Source of the DNA: Acidimicrobiia bacterium
GTDB taxonomy: Bacteria; Actinomycetota; Acidimicrobiia; IMCC26256; JACDBD01
Length of the DNA: 64,000 bases
Direction: 5' to 3'
NCBI GenBank assembly: GCA_035316025.1
Contig: DATFXL010000126.1
Span: 10,642 to 74,641 of the forward strand
This document shows positions 55,205 through 61,566 of this stretch, piece by piece. How positions within the stretch are numbered: the first letter of the stretch is position 1; each line of letters starts with the position of its first letter. The translations under genes and the position numbers were made by a program. The notes beneath the pieces are model-generated. The model had not been told where the DNA came from and did no database searches. It saw nothing but the letters and a program-made list of their open reading frames with translations.

Positions 55205-56539
55205 TCAGCAGTCGCGCCGGATGCGATAGACGTCGAAGGCCCTCTTCGCGGTGACCGTGTGCGCGCCGACGAGGCTCTCGGCGCACGGCCGGGAGCTCCG
55301 ATGCTTCAGCTCGCGCAGCAGGTCGTGCTCGTTCGTCCGCCATTCGCGGTCGTAGCTCTCGAAGATGATCACGTAGTCGACCCGACGGTTCTTCAGGAAC
55401 TGCGAATAGGCCGCGACGTCGGGCCAGCTGTGGCGGGCGATGCTCTCGGGGAAGAACTCGGAGTCGAGCCGCCCGTGGTGCTCCACGACCTGGTACATGC
55501 CGATCTTGCCGTCGTGGGCCCGAAGGATGCGGTAGGTCGCGCCCGGTACGAACTTGTCCGACCTGATGAACGACAGCAACTGGGTGTCGGGCTTCCGGTT
55601 CAGCCCACCCCATGAGTACGTCGCTTCGAGGGGCTCCATCAACACGATGTTCGATAGCAACAACACGGCGAAGACGCCGCCCGCGATCCGTGCCGGAGCG
55701 AGTGAGGGCGTCCCCGTCGATTCGAACCGTCGTTGCACCGCCACCAGCGCGATTGGCACGGCGAGGATGAGGCTTCGGACCGCGACCGTCCCGACGAACG
55801 CGGTGGCGACCACTACCGGCGAGGTGTCGACGAACACCGGCGAGGCGACCACGAGCCACGCCGCCGGGATCGCCGGGATGAGCGACAGCGCGTAGTAGCG
55901 GATGAGCCGACGTCGGTCCGGCTCCCAGTGCCACCAGAAGGCGACGAGGAGGAGTCCGATCGGGAGGACGACGGCGGGGTGCGTCGCCTGACCGAGCCCG
56001 GCGAGCACCGCCGCCAGCGCGTACCGACGTCGTCGCCATGCGCCCACCGCGCCCACGAGCATCGACGCGCCCCAGAGGAAGGGCAGCTGCCCGATGATCG
56101 ACGCGACCACCAGTGCCGGATTCACGAGCACGGCCGCCGCCCACCAGCCCCGTCGCAGCTCCGGGAACGCCCAGAACGTCGCCCCGATGAGGCCGATCGT
56201 CCCCACGACCAGCCAAAGGGTCACGACCCAGTCGCCCAGCACCGGCCGCAGCAGCGCCGCGCTCAGCCAGGGCAGGAACGCGTACGGGAACGCCAGGGCC
56301 TTGCCGTGACCGATCACGGGCATCGCCCAGGGCACGTGGTGGAGCCGCCAGATCCGGTCGCTCACGAACCAGACGTGCCCGTAGTTGCTGATCGAGTCGT
56401 CGGAGACGAAGACCGCGTGCCGCAGGATCAGGAGCAGCACCACCGCCCAGCCGGCGCCGACGATCCAGAGGGCGATCGCCGACGAGCGAGCGGCATTCGC
56501 GTCAGCCGAGAGGGTCCCGTGCCCCCCCTGCGGAGCCAT
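55205..56539 (-). CDS. hypothetical polytopic membrane protein (possible GT-C-like glycosyltransferase) with a soluble C-terminal domain
   Basis: 444 aa, with about 9-10 hydrophobic helices and then a ~130-aa polar domain. The function is an inference from topology and the PBP neighbourhood only. Confidence 0.55.
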   Translation of the reverse strand: MAPQGGHGTLSADANAARSSAIALWIVGAGWAVVLLLILRHAVFVSDDSISNYGHVWFVSDRIWRLHHVPWAMPVIGHGKALAFPYAFLPWLSAALLRPVLGDWVVTLWLVVGTIGLIGATFWAFPELRRGWWAAAVLVNPALVVASIIGQLPFLWGASMLVGAVGAWRRRRYALAAVLAGLGQATHPAVVLPIGLLLVAFWWHWEPDRRRLIRYYALSLIPAIPAAWLVVASPVFVDTSPVVVATAFVGTVAVRSLILAVPIALVAVQRRFESTGTPSLAPARIAGGVFAVLLLSNIVLMEPLEATYSWGGLNRKPDTQLLSFIRSDKFVPGATYRILRAHDGKIGMYQVVEHHGRLDSEFFPESIARHSWPDVAAYSQFLKNRRVDYVIIFESYDREWRTNEHDLLRELKHRSSRPCAESLVGAHTVTAKRAFDVYRIRRDC

Positions 56540-56593
56540 GAGTGAAAAGTATTCGCATTGCCGCCCGCATGGGCGGTTCGGCGCGTTCGCGCT

Positions 56594-57442
56594 CTAACGC
56601 TCCTGACCCCGCAGAAACGCCTCCAGGTCGGCGGCGAACTCGGCGTGGTGCTGGAACAGGAACCCGTGCGCCGAGTCCGGGTAGATCTTCACCTGCGCGT
56701 TCGGAAGCAGCCCGCCGAGGACGTAGGAGTAGCGGGGGAGGATCATCGGGTCGCTGTCGCCATTGGCGACGAACACCGGATGCCGGATGGCGCCGAGACG
56801 TTCGAGGAGCGAGTGGTCGGGGATGCCCCAGGTGCACACCGCGTCGTACTGGGCCAGCCTCGTCTGCCAGGTGGTCTGCTGGTCGGGGTCATTCGTTCTC
56901 CCGAAGATGCGCTGGAGCGTTTGCTGACCGGCCTGGCGGCTCGATGGCGACTTGGCGAAGAACACGTCGAGGTACCCGTCGGGGTTCGGCTGAGGTTGAC
57001 CGACGGCGTCGATCACCTCGGGCGCCCACCCGTGCATCTCCGGCGCGCCCTTCGGCGCCGAGGACGCGAGCACGATGTTGCGCGACAGCGCCGGCCGGAT
57101 GAGCGCGATCGCCTGGGCGACGAAGCTTCCGATGGAGTACCCGAGGACGTCGACCTGGTCGAGCTGCAACGCGTCGAGGAACGCGATCGCATCGCGCGCC
57201 ATCTGCTCGATCGTGTTCGGCGTCGCCCCTGTCGAACCGCCCACGCCGACATTGTCGAACGTGATGACCCGGCGAGCCGAGGCAAGTGCGTCGACGAGCG
57301 GCGGATCCCAGTAGTCGAGATTGCCGCGGAAGTGCTGGAGCAGGACCAGCGGCACGGTGCCGTCGCCGAGCTGGCGGTACACGTACTCGATGCCGTTCTC
57401 GGCGCCGATCCTCTGATTGGGAGACTCCGAGTACGTGTCCAT
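56594..57442 (-). CDS. alpha/beta hydrolase
   Basis: 282 aa. Nucleophile elbow GYSIGSF and C-terminal HGFLFQH. Confidence 0.8.
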   Translation of the reverse strand: MDTYSESPNQRIGAENGIEYVYRQLGDGTVPLVLLQHFRGNLDYWDPPLVDALASARRVITFDNVGVGGSTGATPNTIEQMARDAIAFLDALQLDQVDVLGYSIGSFVAQAIALIRPALSRNIVLASSAPKGAPEMHGWAPEVIDAVGQPQPNPDGYLDVFFAKSPSSRQAGQQTLQRIFGRTNDPDQQTTWQTRLAQYDAVCTWGIPDHSLLERLGAIRHPVFVANGDSDPMILPRYSYVLGGLLPNAQVKIYPDSAHGFLFQHHAEFAADLEAFLRGQER

Positions 57443-58004
57443 CGCTACGCCTCTTCGTGTCTTCGAGCCTTGATCGGTTGCGCCCCCGCCGGGATTCGAT
57501 CCTGCGCGGTCGAGGAAGAGGAGGGTCGCGTGCCGCGAACAGGCAGGTCAAGGAGCGACTCCGGGGACCGGCACAAACGCCGAACCTCGCTCACACCTTC
57601 CGGGCCGCGAGCAGTTCACCAGGGATCAAGGATCGGCCCTGACCCTGTCCGTCGCTCCTTGGTCAGCCGCCAGGGCGTTGCGAATCGGTCGAAGACATGG
57701 GGGTTGCGGCCGTCCCTGCCCGAGTTGCTCGGGATTTGTTCCTGTTCGGCGCCACGCCGAGGACGAGGTGTCGGGTACAATCCAAGCGTTAGCTTCGGCC
57801 GCGCGATCGCGGTACGAAGACGACGGTCACGGTACGGCCTTTCTCTGCTGCTCCCGCCCTGCGGGCAGTGTCCCGGGGATTCGGTTCGCCCCGCTGGACC
57901 TGTCCGCTTCGTTCCCATCACGCTGCTCGAGTTCGACACACGCAAACGTGGCCCGATTGCCGGGTACGAACACCGGCGGGATGACAACTGGCGAGGGAAT
58001 CACT

Positions 58005-58208
58005 ATGGCAACACAAGGCACCGTGAAATGGTTCAACTCCGAGAAGGGTTACGGCTTCATCCAGCGTGAAGGCGGCGACGACGTCTTTGTCCACTTCTCG
58101 GCGATTCAGGGCGAGGGCTATCGCTCCCTGGACGAGGGTCAGCGCGTCGAGTTCGACGTCGCCCCAGGCCGCAAGGGCGAGGAAGCCCAGAACGTTCGAG
58201 TCATCTGA
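58005..58208 (+). CDS. cspA: cold-shock protein (CspA family)
   Basis: 67 aa. [34 protein letters not shown] contains the RNP1 and RNP2 motifs. SD gaggga upstream. Confidence 0.95.
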   Translation: MATQGTVKWFNSEKGYGFIQREGGDDVFVHFSAIQGEGYRSLDEGQRVEFDVAPGRKGEEAQNVRVI

Positions 58209-58275
58209 CGAGGTATCCCACGGCGCTGGGCACGCCAGTGCCGCCTGGCGCCTCGCAAGGCGACAAGGAGAGCTC

Positions 58276-58449
58276 ATGGCGGGTCGGCAGCGGGCGTCAT
58301 TCCAAAAACGCGAACGCGAGCGGGCACGACAGGAAAAGCAAGCGGCCAAGCGGGCTCGCCGGCAGCACGACAGCCGGCAAGAGGCTGAGGAGTCGCCCGT
58401 CGGGCAGGGGGCGAAAGACGTAGAGCGCCTCGACAAGGCCGAGGGTTGA
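58276..58449 (+). CDS. hypothetical highly charged (R/K/E/Q-rich) micro-protein
   Basis: 57 aa. Strong SD aaggag 6 nt upstream of ATG 58276. Lies 67 nt downstream of csp on the same strand. Confidence 0.45.
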   Translation: MAGRQRASFQKRERERARQEKQAAKRARRQHDSRQEAEESPVGQGAKDVERLDKAEG

Positions 58450-58509
58450 TGTTCGAGCACCTCGTCGATCACCCGCTTCCCCAGGGGCATCTGTCGGCAG
58501 CGCTGGCGA

Positions 58510-59382
58510 TCAGACCGCGGCCGGCTCCTCGAAGTCGCCGCGCGAATCCGTCGCCGGTCCCGGTATGCGCACACGAGGCGGTGGCTCTCGCAGATCGCGC
58601 GCGACGCCGACGAGGCGCAACAGCTTGAGGGCGTAGTAGGTCACGTCGATCTCCCACCAGAAGAAGCCCTGGCGCGCGGCGGACGGGTAATGATGGTGGT
58701 TGTTGTGCCAGCCCTCGCCGCCGGTCAGCAACGCGACCAGGAGCGAGTTGCGGCTCGTGTCGGGGGTGTCATAACGACGGCGACCGAACACATGTGCAAG
58801 CGAGTTCACCGTGAACGTCGCATGCCACAGGAGCACGGTCGACAGGAAGAACCCGACAACAAGGCCGCTCCAACCGCCGACCACAAAGCAGACGACCCCG
58901 AGGGCCCACGGGGGAATCCAGTCGTGCCGATCGAGGAACCGCAGTTCGGGGTACCGGGCGAAGTCTCTGATCGATTCGACATCGGTACTGGAGTACTTGT
59001 CGCACAGGATCCATCCCACGTGGCTCCACCAGAACCCCTTGCGCGGCGAATGGATGTCGCGTGCGGTATCGGAGAAACGGTGGTGACGACGGTGGTATCC
59101 GGCCCACCACAGGACGCCCTTTTGGCATGCGGTCCCGCCGCCGAACGCCATCACGAACTGCGCCGACCGCCGGAGCTTGTAGCTGCGGTGCGCGAAGTAG
59201 CGGTGGTACCCGGCGGTAATGAAGAACAACCGCCCGAAGAACGTGACGAGCAAGAGCACCACCGCCGTCGTCGTCACGCCCGTCACGAACGCGAGCAGTG
59301 GCAGCAGGTGCAGCAGGAAGAAGGGGACGGACGAACCGACGTTGACCCGCTCGTCGGCCGATCGGCCTATGGCCTGGTCCAT
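58510..59382 (-). CDS. membrane acyl-CoA (delta-9 type) fatty acid desaturase
   Basis: 290 aa. Three histidine boxes HRYFAH, HRRHHRF and HNNHHHY. Confidence 0.9.
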   Translation of the reverse strand: MDQAIGRSADERVNVGSSVPFFLLHLLPLLAFVTGVTTTAVVLLLVTFFGRLFFITAGYHRYFAHRSYKLRRSAQFVMAFGGGTACQKGVLWWAGYHRRHHRFSDTARDIHSPRKGFWWSHVGWILCDKYSSTDVESIRDFARYPELRFLDRHDWIPPWALGVVCFVVGGWSGLVVGFFLSTVLLWHATFTVNSLAHVFGRRRYDTPDTSRNSLLVALLTGGEGWHNNHHHYPSAARQGFFWWEIDVTYYALKLLRLVGVARDLREPPPRVRIPGPATDSRGDFEEPAAV

Positions 59383-59406
59383 GCGAGATCCCTACTCCTC
59401 GGGTGC

Positions 59407-59426
59407 CCTACCTACCGGTAGGTAGG
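59407..59426. promoter_or_regulatory. perfect 20-bp palindrome CCTACCTACC|GGTAGGTAGG, candidate operator upstream of the desaturase
   Basis: Read directly from the sequence. It lies 25 nt upstream of the desaturase start codon (59382). Its function is an inference. Confidence 0.4.
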
Positions 59427-59580
59427 AAGCCACCCTAGGAGCCCGATGAACGTCGAGGCACATCGGGCGCGACCGGGGGCAGGCCGGCGAATCTCGGGTC
59501 AGAGCCGCTCCGTATTTACTCGGATCGGGCTTACCCTTCCGAATGGGCAGTTTCTGTGCAGCAGCCGCGGAAGGAGCCAG

Positions 59581-59847
59581 ATGCCAGTCGAGAGCTACGT
59601 CTACGAGTGCAACCGCTGTGGCGAACGAATCGAGGCTCCCCGGCCCATCTTCGACAAGAGCCTGTGCCCGCAGACCTCGCCGAGTGGGGCGCGCTGCCTC
59701 GGCCACCTCGAACTGATCGAACCTGACGCTGCGATCTCGGCGGGGCGGGTAGATCCGCCCGAGCCCCATTTCAAGGGCAGGAACCCGGAACGAGCGAGAA
59801 CGCAGCACCCCTCCATGCCGTCGCGTGGGAAGCCGTCCGTGAACTGA
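59581..59847 (+). CDS. hypothetical FmdB-like zinc-ribbon protein
   Basis: 88 aa from ATG 59581, with strong SD ggaaggag upstream. YVYECNRCGERIE resembles the FmdB YEYxCxxCGxxFE start. The second Cys pair is atypical (C29-x9-C39-x2-H42). High G/C third-position bias in the first 45 codons. Confidence 0.5.
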   Translation: MPVESYVYECNRCGERIEAPRPIFDKSLCPQTSPSGARCLGHLELIEPDAAISAGRVDPPEPHFKGRNPERARTQHPSMPSRGKPSVN

Positions 59848-60094
59848 CGCCCGGGCAAGCTCGTCGCAGCCATGGACACGGCTGGCCGCCCGCCACTCGG
59901 GATGTCCCGCACAATGTGCGCGCGCTTCCTTCTGCGAGTTGCGGCCCTGCACACACAACGACGCGCGGCTGCGACTCGCTCGCGCCAGATCGGCACACAG
60001 GTGGAAACGGCAAAGCACGCGGTCAGCCTGTAACGCACAACCCACCTGGAACGCTCTTTCGGCGAGAACCGCCGCACGCTTCTGGAGGCACTGC

Positions 60095-60652
60095 ATGCGT
60101 TGGCATCGCCGCGCCGCGTTGGCTGTCGCCGCCGCATCCGTGCTCATCGGCGTCGGCGGTGTCGCCCTTGCTGCGTCGACACACACGTTGCCGCTGACGG
60201 CCGGCCGAGATGAGGCGCCGAATCCCACGTCTGCCTCGCACGTCCCACGGATACCTCGGGGCGCCGGCACAGGCGAACCCGCAGCACCGACAGCGTCGGC
60301 ACCGTCCGCACCCGACCCTGCGAACACCCAAGGCCCCGACGCGACCGGACCCGCGAAATCCGGTCTCTGTACCGCGTACGCGTCGGGTCAGGGGGGCACG
60401 AACGGCAACAAGTTCGACTCGACGGCGTTCCAGGCGTTAGCGACCGCCGCTGGCGGCACCGCGAACATCGGCGCGTTTTGCGCCGACGTGTCCCCCGGTG
60501 GCAACGACAGACACACCGGAGCAACTCCGCCTGTATCAAAACCCGTCGGCGGTCCTGCAAATGCCGATGCAGCGAAGCATCCCAACTCGGCGAGCGACGC
60601 GCATGGTCCCCCGTCTGCCCCTGCAGGAAACGGCCAGAGCAACCGGCCGTGA
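60095..60652 (+). CDS. hypothetical secreted Pro/Ala/Gly-rich protein with a Cys-bracketed core
   Basis: 185 aa from ATG 60095, with SD ggagg upstream. Signal/TM segment AALAVAAASVLIGVGGVALAA. Core CTAYASGQGGTNGNKFDSTAFQALATAAGGTANIGAFC (C-x36-C). Confidence 0.55.
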   Translation: MRWHRRAALAVAAASVLIGVGGVALAASTHTLPLTAGRDEAPNPTSASHVPRIPRGAGTGEPAAPTASAPSAPDPANTQGPDATGPAKSGLCTAYASGQGGTNGNKFDSTAFQALATAAGGTANIGAFCADVSPGGNDRHTGATPPVSKPVGGPANADAAKHPNSASDAHGPPSAPAGNGQSNRP

Positions 60653-60673
60653 GCCGAACGACCCACGACCAGT

Positions 60674-60721
60674 CCTGAGCCCCTCTCGGCCGATGTCCGG
60701 TCGCCGGCCGAGAGGCTCAGG
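60674..60721 (+). terminator. long GC-rich hairpin (about 16 bp with one bulge) downstream of gene 60095..60652
   Basis: The arm cctgagcccctctcggcc (60674-60691) pairs with ggccgagaggctcagg (60706-60721). No U-tract. Confidence 0.45.
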
Positions 60722-60864
60722 GCGAAGCGCTTCTCACGAGCATGCCGGAGGAAGCTTGGGCTCACCTCCCGTTACCCGGATCGAGCCGGCGACGGTATGT
60801 CTCCATCAGAGGCGGATATGCGGCCGTCTTCGCTGCGCAGCCGAACGACGTCGAGGGGGTCACC

Positions 60865-61449
60865 ATGAACAACCCGACGACGCTGGTCGTCGCTATCGCT
60901 TTGGGCGTCATCGTCGGGCTTGTTGCCGGAATGGTCGGAATGGCCATGCTTCGCCGCGCCCGTCTGCGCAAGGAAGTGCGCGAGCTTGATCCGTGGTGGC
61001 AGTGGGAGAAGCAATGGTGGCGCCTGGAGATCGGTCTTCGGCGCATCGCTGCGATCTATGAGGGGCGACAGGTCGATTCAGCCGAGGCTTTGTACGACCT
61101 CCTGTCGTTCTTTCTGAACTGCCATCACTTTCGCGACTGGCTTGTCGCCGACAAACTGAGCCGGGTGTCCCGGAAGAGGGCAACTGAGGTGATCAAGACA
61201 TCGACGTACCTTCGCGTCTGCGCCGATCTTGCCAATCGCACAAGTCATGCGGCACTCACGGGGTGCGGGGTCGATAACGGCCCATTGCCATCGCGGCAGA
61301 GCGCCGATGTCCACGGCGGATCGGACGCCGCACACCGATGGGAGATCACAGCCGGTGATGCCGTCTATGACGCCTTCGATCTCGCGCTCAATTGTGTTGC
61401 TGAATGGGATAGAGCGCTCACCGGACGAGGGCTGCTCGACACGCGCTGA
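60865..61449 (+). CDS. hypothetical N-terminally anchored protein with a Trp-rich juxtamembrane segment
   Basis: 194 aa from ATG 60865, with SD gaggggg upstream. TM helix LVVAIALGVIVGLVAGMVGMAML, then DPWWQWEKQWWRLE. Codon third positions are noticeably T-rich compared with the rest of the window. Confidence 0.55.
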   Translation: MNNPTTLVVAIALGVIVGLVAGMVGMAMLRRARLRKEVRELDPWWQWEKQWWRLEIGLRRIAAIYEGRQVDSAEALYDLLSFFLNCHHFRDWLVADKLSRVSRKRATEVIKTSTYLRVCADLANRTSHAALTGCGVDNGPLPSRQSADVHGGSDAAHRWEITAGDAVYDAFDLALNCVAEWDRALTGRGLLDTR

Positions 61450-61525
61450 TCCGTCGGACACGGTTTCACGTATCCGTGCCCAAGACGCCTTCAATCAACC
61501 CGAACGTCCGTCAGCTGTTGCTCTG

Positions 61526-61562
61526 AAACGCCGTAGGCGGAGGCGCGGGGCTCGGCGTTTTT
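61526..61562 (+). terminator. hairpin plus T5 tract (aaacgccg ... cggcgttttt) between convergent genes
   Basis: The 8-bp stem 61526-61533 pairs with 61553-61560 and runs into ttttt (61558-61562). It sits between the stops at 61449 (+) and 61567 (-). Confidence 0.45.
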
Positions 61563-61566
61563 CAGG

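Noticed and set aside
57678-58004. In-frame 109-codon extension upstream of the csp ATG
   Set aside because: Third-position G/C bias is lost there. CspA-family proteins are about 67 aa, and the ATG at 58005 has its own SD. I treated the region as a 5' leader.
59392-60327. 311-aa minus-strand ORF spanning the zinc-ribbon gene and the next intergenic region
   Set aside because: It has Cys/Arg/Ala-rich low-complexity composition, no SD and no domain. It overlaps two plus-strand ORFs that have strong SD sites and better third-position bias.
60865-61449. HEPN-like nuclease motif (ANRTSH) in the orphan anchored protein
   Set aside because: The R-to-H spacing is R-x2-H, not the R-x4-6-H of HEPN domains. 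The resemblance is too weak to claim a toxin or defence role.
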